From positions 102,929-149,367 of the forward strand of contig JAHRHZ010000027.1 of NCBI GenBank assembly GCA_024137785.1: a DNA stretch of 46,439 nt. The letters run 5' to 3'. Under the pieces are notes generated by a model that did not search any database, was not told the DNA's origin, and was given only the letters and a program-made list of their open reading frames with translations. Position numbers and translations under genes: made by a program. Origin of the DNA: Ginglymostoma cirratum. Its lineage: Eukaryota. Shown one piece after another: positions 12,176 through 24,130 of the stretch. Each line of letters starts with the position of its first letter. The stretch's first letter is position 1.

Positions 12176-14138
12176 GGGGGTGTGTAAATGCCTACGAGAA
12201 TGTAAATGAGGAAGAGGATATAGAAAGGCAGATTTTGAAACTGCAGTAAGCCAGATGGTGAAAACTGACCCTGAAGGAATTAATCTCCTGTCAGTTATGT
12301 TTAGCAGAAGCTCAAAATTAATTTTTATTGAAGGAACAGAAAATTCTGAAGTCAAGATTGCGAACGAGTTAGGTGCTATGGGTAATGGTGGTCCAAGCTC
12401 ATGATTTATACTGAATTAGAAATAGAATTTGGTTTTATCGTCACATGTACTTAAGTACAAAAGTACAGAAATACAGTGAAAGATGTATAATACCACCAAG
12501 CATGGTGTCATCTTAGGTACAAAGTACATGGTTACAAATCTCAGGCACAAAAACAGATCAGTTACAAAAATACAGAAATGAAGAAAAAGGCAATAAGTTC
12601 TTCATTACAATTCTTCAAATAATATATGAGGGAAATAAAGAAATAAAGTTAAAAGACAAAGGTGACAGTCCTTCTGTAGCCGCTAGTCACTCCACACTGC
12701 GGGCTTCCCACATGCGGTCGCCCCCCACCACCTCAATGTTGGGCCGTCCCCAAAATGGGCTCACAATCTGTTGACCACCATCTGTGACAGGCTGGCTGTA
12801 ACAGGCCCCGGTCTGCCCGCCATTGACCCCCGCTCCAGCTCCCAGCCCACAGACCACTCTGCTCTACTCTAGGTCCACTCTGCAGTGGACTGGCCGTCCA
12901 GCTCCGATCCACACCCTCGCCTGTTCCAATGCTCTGATGTCATCACCAGCATTCTCTATGTAAGCCATGTTAAATACAACTTTAACAATTTAAAAAGAGA
13001 AGATCACAAAATGGAAAACAAATGAGCAGTGGGCGGAAAGGGTAAAGCTTGAGCTGCATCTGGAATCTGCCAACTCCGCCGCCGCCATCTTGCCATTCAC
13101 AGGTGAACGACAATTGGCTCATTCTCCAAAGATAGACAATGTCAACGAACAGTTTTTGACAGAAATTGATTTCTTTTGTAAAAATTACTCCTGCATTTCA
13201 ATGTAGGATATTCATTAATTTTTTTTTTTTTGCAAAATGACTCCTGTTGTTAGTTCTGAACAATTATTCTGTCAGGATCTGAACTCCTCGATGTGCAGGA
13301 GAAGGACTCTCTCTGTTCCGTTTCCACAAGGCCCAAGTAAACAAGTAATGAGGCCGATTTCAACCAGAGAAAGGAGCTCAACTGACAGAGAGACAATTCT
13401 AGGAGAAGTGAACTGTGACTGAGTAACTGCGAGTGAACTTCAATTCCAAGGTGAGGCTCCCTCTGGTGAACTGCCTGACATGGGGCTTTGTATTTCCCAG
13501 AACATGGTTGATGATGAGTGAGTCTAGTGAATCACGTTGGGTTTCACCTTTGAGAAGGTCAAAGGGGCTGACACCCTTCATCAACCCTGCTAACCCCCAC
13601 CCACAATGCTGAAGGCAGTGCTCTCACCTTAATGCTTAATATGGAAGGAGAGTCACTGGAGTTGTTACCCAGAGACTGAACCAGTGAGGACCATCGCAAT
13701 GCTCTGTCTGGGAAACAGAAACAATATGTTGGGTAAAGTCCTGTAGAACATTTGGAAACTTTGGGGGTTATTCCCCCAGTGTGGATGAAAACCCTCTGCC
13801 ATAAGGTCACCAGTGTCTGGGTGTCAGAAATAGAGAGCAGAGACCTGCCAGCCCCTGAATGACATTGGCACTGTAGAATCAGTTGGAAAAATATTATGAG
13901 ATTGAAACATTGCGTCCTCAATATCAATAAAATGTAAGTCTGATTTTGAATGGATGCTGAAGAGTTGGTGAGGATTTAATGAATACAGGATTCCAATGGA
14001 TCTCAACTGAGTGGTGATCATTCATTGAGTGTAAATTTGTTGCTGCTTGAAAGGCCAACCGTCCCGATTCACTGCCAGGCACAAACGCAGCTTCTTTTTG
14101 TTGGGTTTTACTTCACATTTCCTGTTGTGTAATCCAAA

Positions 14139-15105
14139 ATGGACATTTGCAACAATTGGAAGGTTTTGCACATTGTGACGCTCTCCCATTGTACAATGAC
14201 AAGTTGTGTGCTCTGCTGGACATGAGGGAAAGATGAGCACTGCCTTTGAGCAGGCCATAAGATGGGATGATGTTCAGGGCACCAAGCCTGTGTTGCTTGG
14301 TTGTTACAGCTTGCGGTGAAGCAGACAGGTGAGGACGTAATGTGGCAAAACATTTATGAATTTGAGATTGGATTCTCACTGAAGTTTCACAGCACACCGA
14401 CAATGTGCCGTCAGAAATACTTCTTTCTTCTTTCCCAGCTCCAGCCCGTGTGCTGTGAAGGGCTATTCTTGGCTGGCAGTGATTGACCTGGTACACAGCT
14501 GGGCTTTAAATATGGAGCCAGCGGTAGAAACCTTCATATCCCTGAGAGGGCTGTGTGTGTCAATTCATTCCGTGAGGAAACAGTGAATGCAGCACTTAGT
14601 AACAAACTGGAGAATATTTGATCAAATTGTCAGGGACCCTGTAAAGTGACTTTTTGAGTGTCAAAGCCATATACTGTTAGGCAGGCATTCAGCCATTTTT
14701 AAAAGATCATTCTTCTGAGACAAACAAATGCAGGATCTGGACCTGCCACAAAACCCCTCCCTCATTAGGATAGATGTCCCATTTGATCTGGAATGGAGCA
14801 GTGATCCACCACACAGTGTACATGAGCCTGTCCCAGGAGGTTACCTTCCCAGGGACAGTAATCAAAGGGCTCGTTCTGAAAACTCTCAGTGCAGCCTTGA
14901 ATGACACGGAGTGCCCCACCCACAATATCCTGTTCATTAACAGTGAGGTGGGCTCTAAGAAAACTGTCCCCTCCCTGTCTTTCCAGAATGTGTCTCCACT
15001 GACCATTTCTGTCAGCGGCTGCAGACATATTGCTGCAGGTGACACAGTTCTATCTCTTTAGTGAGCTGTCGGCAATGGCTGCCAGGACCGTGTTACAATG
15101 CCTGT
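14139..15105 (+). pseudogene. Decayed coding-like sequence of uncertain identity (tentatively hyaluronidase/GH56-like)
   Basis: 95 open codons at 14774-15061 with high GC3 and third-position-biased differences to the mirror copy. Scattered by-eye motif matches only (RP..APS..CL, QNI, LAVID, TI.S..AAG). Confidence 0.3.
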
Positions 15106-15959
15106 AGGTATGGTTTGTGGTTTCCCAATGGGCTTTCTCCACAGGCTCTGGGCTTTTACCAGTGATAGAGGAGGCCAATCCCAAATGTCTATCAGGCCCA
15201 GGTTAAAGCTGGTCGATTTGCTGTCAGTTCAGTGAAGCAGGCCATTCAGCCCATCAAGTTAACGCTGACCCAGAGAGTGGTGAGCTGATACAATTCTTCG
15301 CTACAGAAAGTGGTTGATGGCAAGGCATTGGATGTTGACAAGGAGAATCTAGCTCATTTGAGCTAAATGGATCATTTTGGATTGACATATGTTATTTAGC
15401 TCTTTGAAGGCCTTTGGAAGAGCAGTGTAATGTCCCTGCTGTAACATTTAGTGGCATATCCCTTGACTCCTGAGCTATTTGTCACACAGTTCCTGGACAA
15501 TGTATAAAGGTTCTGAGCCGTAGCAACTTTAGGTTCAGCTTACAGCACAGTTTAATTGATTACTCCTTTCCTGGTCCTTTGGAATCTACCCTGTAGATAA
15601 ATCGATAAAGTTTCTCTCACCTTTCCCCTATCCTCTCTGTGATTGATAAACCACGTAAAACTCAAGCAAGACCTCGATATATCTATTCACAGTTTCTTCC
15701 CTTTGCATCAAATGATGTCATTCACATGGACACGGACCCATAATGTTCGGCTCCGGCATGTCCTGCACCAGGGCAGCTCTTCTCCAATGTGCAGCCAAAA
15801 GCAAGTAGCACTTAGTTTCTTTGTACATCAATGGGTTTCTGATATACATCCCCCTTAAGAATATTTACACATTTTTGTTATCTTGTCCAACCACGATGAA
15901 TGATGAAAAGCATGCAACAAGTGTATAAACATTATTTTCACATCTTAACTTCTCAAAAG

Positions 15960-16312
15960 TGGACGATACCACAGGTCAGTGGTTAGCACTGCTGTCTCAC
16001 AGCCCCAGTGACTTGGGTTCAATTCAAACCTTGGGTTACAGTCTGTGTGGAGTTTGCACATTCTCCCCGTTTCTGTGTGGATTTGTGCCAAGTGCTCCAG
16101 TTTCCTCCCACAGCCCAAAGATGTGCAAGTTAGTGGGATTGGTCATGTTAAATTGCGCATAGCGTCCAGGGATGTGCAGGCTATGTGGGTTATGGGAAAT
16201 GTGGGGTTATGGGAATAGGGTGGGGATCTGGGTCTAGGTGTGTTGCTCTTCAGAAAGATGATGCAGACCTGAGGGGCCAAATGGTCCCTTTCTGCACTGT
16301 TGGGAATCTATG
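15960..16312 (+). mobile_element. tRNA-derived SINE (HE1-type)
   Basis: cagtggttagcactgctg...gggttcaattc A/B-box head, body gtttgcacattctcccc, CR1-like tail; other copies in the window. Confidence 0.8.
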
Positions 16313-17561
16313 ACGCTCATTTACGTTCCTCATTGACAATAATTGAAAACTGAGGATTTACTGGAATGGCCCCAAACTGAATGTGTATCCATTTAGAATC
16401 AGCCATTGACACATTGCATACTACAGACAGAACCTATCTCGGAATCAAGTAATATTCGAATGAAAACTGTTTTAAATGATTTAAAGCATCTCCCTGTATG
16501 GCACCAGACCATGTCAATGTTACTCTGACATTACTGTTATCCGGACAATAGCATAAAACCTTTGTTACTGTCCTAACAATGTGATTTGTTCACCATATTT
16601 TGATATGCATTCATTAATAAATATTAAACCAAAGAAACCTGAGTGTCATCTAGTCCAAAGAGGAAATAATGCATCAAGTCACTCTTTCTGGGGATCTACA
16701 AAACATAGGGAGTGCGAGAGAGCAACAGGAAAGGGGGGTTTTCCCAATCGCTATCACTTTGGTTTCTCCATGGAGATAGTTCAGGGCCAATAAGGGCTCT
16801 GCAAGTTCTCAACACATGTGCTCTGATGGTAAGAAAGCGAATGAACAGAAACAGTGAGATGGTAGAAGATCATTGGGTCCACAGGGACAGCAACACAAAA
16901 GAGAGGAAGAAGGATCATTCTGGATCACAAGTAGGGTCTGCTGGTAGCCCACACAAACACCCCACTCCCCATGTCTGCAGCATATAGACCACCCTTTCCC
17001 AGCTACTGATAGTTCTGAAGAAGGGTCACTGGAGCTCAAACATTAACTCTGCTTTCTCTCCACAGAGGCTGCCAGACCTGCTGGGTTTCTCCGGCAATTT
17101 CTGTTTTTGTTACCAAAGCATTTGGTTGACACTTGACCAGTTCTGATGCAATCACTGCTCAATAACTGGACAAAATGACTGACACCACTTGTAGTGTGGG
17201 TGTGAAGTCAGTTATTCATATTTTGGGAGCAGCCTGGAGAAAAATTCTATGAATTTGAAACCCAGCTGGAGCAATTGCATCCACCCTGCATCCACTGATT
17301 CAGTCACACCACTGCCGTTCAATTCCACTACAACGGCAGGTCATTCATTGTCCAGAAATAAACATTACACCTTATGGTCTCAAGCAATCATTGACCACAA
17401 CATTATTCACATTCAGTGTCTTGTTAACAAGGCGAATGTAATCAGACAGGCTCATTTTAAAGTGCCACTTGGGTTTGGCATTTCTGTAAAGCACAGCATA
17501 GCTCTCAGTGTCAAACAGCAATTCTCAGCTGCCACATTCACACACTGAAACTGATTTGTAG

Positions 17562-18067
17562 GTCTGAGCGGAGATAGTCTGCAATGTGCAAGGGAGACTT
17601 TTCTTTGGGAGGCGGGTGTCTATCACAGTGACTTATTGCCAGAATTCTACACCCACAATGAAGCTCGAACACTGTGTCGCTGCAGAGTAAATATAGATGA
17701 GATTACACACCTCGGACATTCTCATGGAATTATGACATTGACAACAGTTGCCCTGAATTTTCTTGCCAGTGACTTATTTAAGGAGTAACTGGGCAGATGG
17801 GACATGGAGAGGTCAGACAGTGATGCTGAGCACCAATGGCTACAGCGATGGAGTGTCAGTCTGTGCTCATATCCAGCAGACACTCAGTGAGCTGGGCCTG
17901 AGTCTGAGTGACAGCTGCCCACCTCTCCAAGGGGACGGCCAGACACACCGCCTGGGACTGATAGTGTTGGTTTATTCCTCCATCCTTTGATCCAGTTTAA
18001 CGACTGCCTCTGACATACCTACCTGCTGTGTTTGTGCCTGTCTGTGCATTTTCACAATGTCAATAAA
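17562..18067 (+). pseudogene. Candidate decayed terminal exon (hyaluronidase EGF-like domain resemblance, hydrophobic C-terminus, AATAAA)
   Basis: *AEIVCNVQGR...TYCQNSTPTMKL and FSWNYDIDNSCPEFSCQ* in different frames; ORF ending RLGLIVLVYSSIL*; AATAAA at 18062-18067. Confidence 0.28.
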
Positions 18068-18571
18068 ATTACAACTGACAATTCTGAAGATTGAAGCCAT
18101 TGTCTTTGATCCCACCACAATCACCTTTCCTTAGTCACTGACTCCATCCATCTCCCTGTCCAACAGAGCCCTCATCCACCATATTGTGAGCTCCACACTC
18201 AGCCATTCCCACACCATCTCAGCTGGCCTTGAACCTTCCACCATTCATCAACTTAATCTCATCCAAATCCCTGCTCCAGCTTTACATCTTTAAAGGTACT
18301 ATATAAATGCAACTTGCCTTATTGGCAAACACATTGATCAGGCAAGGTTTTAAAAGAAATGAATGTGCTTCTCAGATCACTGTATTTAGAAAGCTGCAAA
18401 TCCACGCTTCATTCTGAAACAAATTGAACTTTTGTCCCAGAAATTACAATGCAAATTAATTTGAATTGAATTGAATAATTTCAAAATTTTATCAAATTAA
18501 AATATAACCCTTGTAAAATAATTTTGACTCCAAAGTTACTTTATTTCGAAATGTATTTTTGCCTGTAGCAG

Positions 18572-18760
18572 AATTTAGCATCTGCAATCCACCTAACGTG
18601 CACATCTTTGGACCCTGGGAGCAAACTGGAGCACACGGTGAAAACCCACACAGACACAGGGAGAATATGTATACTCCACAGCGTTACCCAAGATTTGAAC
18701 TGAGCCCAGACCACTGGAGCTGTGAAGGTAGCAGTGCTAAGCTCTGAGCCTCTGTGCCAT
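18572..18760 (-). mobile_element. Truncated HE1-type SINE (mirror of the 15960 copy)
   Basis: Reverse complement of the SINE head and body; flanks homologous to 15830-15960. Confidence 0.75.
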
Positions 18761-19677
18761 CTGTTTTTGAGAAGTTGAGGTGTGAAAAAATGTTTAAATG
18801 TCTGTTGAATGCTTTGATATTCATCATAGATTGACACTGTAGGAAAATGTGTGAATATGCTCAAGGGTGATGTATGAAAGAAACCCACGAGTGTAAAATG
18901 AGCCTAAGTGTTAGGTACTTTTCTTTGCATATTGGAGAGGAGCTGCCCTGGTGCAGGACTTGCTGGAGGCTAACATCGTTGTTCCTGGTCCAATTAAAGG
19001 ACATCATTTGATGCAGGTGTTAGAAATAGCGGACAGATATATATGAGTCCTGCCTGAGCTTTATGTGGTTTATGACTGAGCAAAGATGACAATGGAAAGA
19101 TGAGAGAAGCTTTATCGACTAATTTACAGGGTAGATTCTAAAGGGCCTGAAGAGGAGTTATCACTTAAACTGTGCTGTAAACTGGAGCTGAAGTTCCTAC
19201 AGCTTGGAACATTTATATATTCTCTGGGAACTGTTTGACAAATAGGTCATTACAGCAGGGACATTACACTACTCTTACAAAGGCCTTCAACAAGCTAAAT
19301 AACATTTGTCAGTCCAAAATGATTCATTTAGCCCAAGTGAACTACATATAACTTCAGCCAAGTTGGCACAGCCATTGACAGAAATGTTCAGTGGAGAGAC
19401 ATTCTGGAAAGACAGGGAGGGTCAGTTTTCTTCGAGCCCACCTCACTGTTAATAAACAGGATATTGTGGGTGGGGCACTCTGTGTCATTCAAGGCTGTAC
19501 TGAGAGTTTTCAGAACAAGTCCTTTGATTACTGTCTCTGGGAAGGTAACCTCCTGGGACAGGCTCGTGTACATGTTGTGGTGGATTACGGCACCATTCCA
19601 GAGCAAATGGGATATCCAGGTTCTGCAATTGTTTGTCTTAGAAGAATGATCTTTTAAGAAAACTGCTGCGTCTATCT

Positions 19678-19819
19678 GAGATAATAGATACTGCAGATGC
19701 TGGAGAATCCGAGATAACGTCAGAACATCAGAAGGGTCTAGGCCCGAAACGTCAACCTTTCCTGGCCCTATGATGCTGCTTGGCCTGCTGTGTTCATCCA
19801 GATCCATACCTTGTTATCT
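19678..19819 (+). mobile_element. 142-bp non-autonomous PLE-tail insertion with 14-bp TSD
   Basis: TSD TGCTGCGTCTATCT at 19664-19677 and 19820-19833; agggtctaggcccgaaacgtc core; absent from the mirror site near 14690. Confidence 0.8.
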
Positions 19820-20670
19820 TGCTGCGTCTATCTACCATGATATGGCTTTGATACTGAGCAAGTCACTTTACAGGATCCCTGACAATTTGATCAGATATTC
19901 TTCACTTTGTTAATCAGTCCTCCATTCATTGTTTCATGCCTTCAGCATTGTGGGTGGGGGTTAGCAGGGTTGATGAAAGGTATCAGTCCCTTTGATCTTC
20001 TCAAAGGTGAAACCCAGCATGATTCACCAGACTCACTCATCATCAACCACGTCCTGGGAAATACAAAGCCCTATGTCAGGCAGTTCACCAGAGGGAGCCT
20101 CACCTTGGAATTGAAGCTCACTCCCAGTTACTCAATCAACGTTCACTTCTCCCAGAATTGTCTCTCTGTCGGTTGAGTCCCTTTTTCTACCTGTATTCAG
20201 CATCATTACGTTTACTTGGGCCTTGCGGAAACGGAGCAGAGGGGTTCAGATCCTGACAGAATCAGGGGTTCAGGTTCTGACAGAATAATTATTCAGCACT
20301 AACAACAGGAATCATTTTGTAAATAACCAAAATACTAATTAATATCCAACAGTCAATTGCAGGAGTAATTTTCACAAAAGAAATCAATTTTTGTCAAAAA
20401 CTGTTTGTTGACATTGCCTACCATCGGAAAATGAGCCAATTGTCGTTCCCCTGAGAAAGACAAGAAGGCGGCGATGGAGTTGGCAGATTCCGGACAGAGC
20501 CCGGAGCCAACCTTTTCCTTTCACTTCTTGCTTATTTTTATTTTCTCCATCTTCTGTTCTCGAAGTTTTTTTTAGTTTTTGAGAAATTACTTTGGGGAGA
20601 GCGTGGCCTTGATGGCGTTGCTGCATTACAGTGCTGAGGGTCCAGAGCGGATTGGAGCTACATCAGTGAT

Positions 20671-21016
20671 CAGCAGGAATGGAGCGGAACAGAGCAGCCA
20701 GTGGTCAGCAGAAACGGAGCGGAACAGCTAGTGGACAGCAGGAATGGAGCGGAACAGAGCAGCCAGTGGTCGGCAGGAACGGAACACAACAGAGCAGCCA
20801 GTGGACAGCAGGAAAGGAGCAGAGCAGCCAGTGGTCAGCAGGAACGGAACACAACAGAGCAGCCAGTGGTCAGCATGAACGGAGCAGAGCGGAACAGCCA
20901 GTGGACAGCAGTAATGGAGTGGATCAGAGCAGCCAGTGGACAGCAGGAACGGAGTGGATCAGAGCAGCCAGTGGTCAGCAGGAATGGAACGCAACAGAGC
21001 AGCCAGTGGACAGCAG
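20671..21016. repeat. Minisatellite, 10 units of 30-35 bp (CAGCAGGAAYGGAGCGGAACAGAGCAGCCAGTGGW)
   Basis: Units counted directly: eight of 35 bp and two of 30 bp. Confidence 0.92.
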
Positions 21017-22639
21017 CTGAGGCCATGAAGTGGAGCTGGCCTGGAGTAGATCAGAACTGTCAGCAGGCTGAGGGGCCAGAGCAGGACGGACGATGGTGGG
21101 CAGCCTGGGACCCGTTGTGGTCAGCCTGTCACACACAGTGGTCAGCAGCTTGCAAACCCAGTTAGTGTTGGCCCAGTGCGGAGGAGAGCGAGACCACGTG
21201 TGGAATGCTCCCAACGAGGAGTGACTGCTGGCTGTAGAAGGACTGTAACGTTTATCTTTTAACTTTATTTCCTTTAATAATGCGATGAAGAATTGTAATG
21301 TAGAACTTATAGCTTTGTTCTTTATTTCTCTATTTTTGTTACTCATCTATTTTCGTACCTAAGATTTGTAACAATCTACTTTGTACCTAAAAGTGGCTCT
21401 GTCCTTGGTGACATTGTACACTTCTCACTATACTTTTGTACTTCGGTATTTCAGTGTATGTTACAATAAGACTGAATTTGAATGGTAATTCAGTGTAAAT
21501 AATGAGCTTGGGTCAGCACTAGCCATACCACCTGAATCTTTAATCATTTCAATTTCCAAATATTCTATTCATGTAATGAAAGTTAATTTCGTTCTTCTGT
21601 TAAACATAACCGACAGGAAACCGATTCCTTCAAGGTCAGTTTTCACCATCTGGCTTACTGTGGTTTCAGAAGCTGGCTTCCTAAATCCTCTTCCTCATTT
21701 CAATTCGTGTAGACATTGCAATGCACACTTGTTTCAATGTGAGAATAAAACACTGAGAGACTGTCAAGAATTGAACTGATCTTCAAGAATAAAATGATGT
21801 GGACTTTGATTGTCCTTATTTGTTCCATTCCAGGTGAGTGACCATCCGAGATGTATATTCAGATAATCAACGTTTGTTTAAGTCCACTCTCTGGTTTGTA
21901 CAGTGGAGATGTTTAAATATTTGGAGACAGGTAAAGGCACAAAGGAAGATCTTGTAACACAGGGACAAAATCTTCGGTTTGCAACTATTTCTTTTATTTT
22001 TATCATACAGTTTATTAAATCTTGTTTTGTGAGACTCTGTGGCAAAAGTAAATGGTTGGTTTGTATTTCTCCTCAATGAGATCAGCTCTCATTTCTCTAA
22101 GCTCCACGAAGTACAGGCTCAAACCTGCACAGAGTATTGCAAAAATGGAATCACCATAACCCTGTACAAATATGGCAAGACTTTGTTATTCTTGCTCTCT
22201 ATCCCCTTCCAAGAAAGATTAATAAACCATTTGCTTTCCTCTTTGCTTGTTATTACCAGCATTCTCATCATTTATCTTCCCCGCACAAACACCACCCAGG
22301 TCTCACTGAACATTGACATTTTCAAGCTTCATGCCATTTGAAAATATGTCTCAGTTTTCTAACCCCATGACCTCATACATCCTCCACTTTAGGCTCTAAA
22401 TCTACCTTGTTGCCCACTCACTGAAACGTATATCCGTTACACTTTATATTGTTAGGAACAATCTACTGGCTCAGAATATTCATCCAGAAATTTCCCAGGC
22501 ACCCTTCAGTCACTCTTGCCCCTCTCTATCCTATATACTTTAATTCTTTCAGTCATGTTTGGGTAATTAAATTTCATAACAGATTACTTTGTAGTTTTCA
22601 CCATGAAATTCACAAAAGCTCCTCAGTCTTGAAGAGAGC

Positions 22640-23435
22640 CCACATTACAGAAGAGGAGATTCCTGAAGTCATTAATTAAAGGTAGATAAATCTGGGACCT
22701 AAAAAGTGCATCCCTGGACTTTGTGGTTGACTATGGAGGAAACTGTGGGGCCCCTAGCGGAGATATTTGTATTATTGACAGCCACAGATGAAGTGCCCGA
22801 AGGTTGGAGTGTGGCTAATCTTGAGCCACTATTTAAGAAAGGCTCCAGGGAAATGGTTGGGAAATACAGACTCGAGACCCTAACACCTTGGTGGGTAAAT
22901 TGTTCCAGAGGGTTCTGAGAGACAGGATCTACAGGCATTTGGAGAGGCAAGGACTCTGTGCCTCATGAATTTGATTGAGTCTTTTGAAGGACATTAGCAA
23001 GGCCTTTGACAAGGTAGTGCATGGTGGGTTGTTCAGTAAGGTTCAATCTCAATGGATCCAGGGAGAGCTGGCCAACTGGATACAAAATTACCTTGAAAGG
23101 TGGTGCTACTGGGTTGTTTCTCAAACTGGAGACCTACGACCAGTGGTGTGCCACAGGGATCAGAGCTGTGTCCACTGTCATTTATACAAATGATTGGGAT
23201 AAGAATGTGGGAGGCATGGTTATTAAGTTTGTGGAAAACACCAAGATCGAAGAAGATTATTTGGGAATACAGTGAGATCTTGATCAACTGGGCCAGTGGG
23301 CTGAGGAATGGCAAATGTAGTTTAATTTAGAGAAATACAAGTTTTTAGTAGATCAAACAAGGACAGGACTTACACAGTCAATGGTAAGGCCCTGGGGAGT
23401 GTTGAGATCTAGCACAAAGAGATCGAGGGGTACAT
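22640..23435 (+). mobile_element. CR1-type LINE RT fragment (right-arm specific)
   Basis: EVPEGWSVANLEPLFKKG, SKAFDKV, SGVPQGS motifs. Confidence 0.85.
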
Positions 23436-23714
23436 GGGATGAGGCCAGGGGTGGGGAGATTTTGAAAGTAGTAAAATCCACATTGAGACCATTGGGTTGT
23501 AGGTTCCCAAGACAGAATATGACATGTTAGTCATTCTGATATTCGTCTCATATTACCATCTCTGATACAGGATCTGGAATTGTGTGCATGCATGTTCCTG
23601 AATGAATGCGCACTCACATTTGTTCTGCATTTCCAGTGTCATCAGAGACTGCCTTAATTTGTTACTTATTTACACATTTATGTTTTCAGCAGTATTAGGC
23701 ACTTATGCTTTTAG

Positions 23715-24093
23715 CAACGGACAGGAAATAAGACCTCTCAGGGTGACTAACACCTGGCATGGTGTTGGTAACCACATCTGCAGACCAAGTAACACCCTCG
23801 TGGTAGCAATTCTCCACGAGAAAACAAACAGGCAGGTGTCGAGCTGTGCTTTCTGTTGTAAGAATATCTGCAGCTAACAAGGAGCACTGGCATAACCAGT
23901 GAAGAAATGGTCAGATCTGACCCCTCTTCAGGAGGGATTTGAAGAGAGGAATTTTCAAAGGACTAGCTTGCTGCTATCTTCTACCTCACGGAAATTCCTC
24001 ATTTGACTTTTAATGGAATCTTCTTTCCTGGAGATCACTCAGAGCTGGGTGAGTGATAACAAGCGCCAATCTGAACATTGCAAGGAAAAGAAA
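23715..24093 (+). promoter_or_regulatory. Putative promoter / 5' UTR of the + strand receptor
   Basis: Directly upstream of the ATG. ETS-like ACAGGAAAT 23721, RUNX AACCACA 23770, E-boxes 23751/23833, kB-like CGGAAATTCC 23989, TGATAA 24054. Mirrored at ~9117-9495. Short motifs only. Confidence 0.35.
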
Positions 24094-24130
24094 ATGTGGA
24101 GCCTGATTCTACTCATTTATTTGGTGCCCG
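24094..24130 (+). CDS. Exon 1: signal peptide MWSLILLIYLVP
   Basis: aaaATG start, hydrophobic leader, phase-1 donor G|GTGAGT; mirrored at 9080-9116. Confidence 0.85.

Larger units (their letters stand above)
1138..16155. repeat. Left arm of large inverted segmental duplication
   Basis: Collinear reverse-complement blocks: 1138-9640 with 30590-23568; 12180-13616 with 21720-19937; 14577-15003 with 19936-19388; 15350-16155 with 19343-18572. Confidence 0.9.

Noticed and set aside
13470-13735. LTWGFVFP and SCYPETEPVR as further hyaluronidase motifs
   Set aside because: Wrong order and spacing relative to the other matches; shows how easily by-eye matches arise, which is why the GH56 call is kept at low confidence.
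15960-16030. tRNA gene
   Set aside because: The A/B-box-like sequence is the head of a SINE, followed by the SINE body.
20679-21165. ORFs of 113 and 154 aa with repetitive peptides; superficially CRISPR-like periodicity
   Set aside because: Products of the minisatellite; units are contiguous with no unique spacers, and the genome is eukaryotic.
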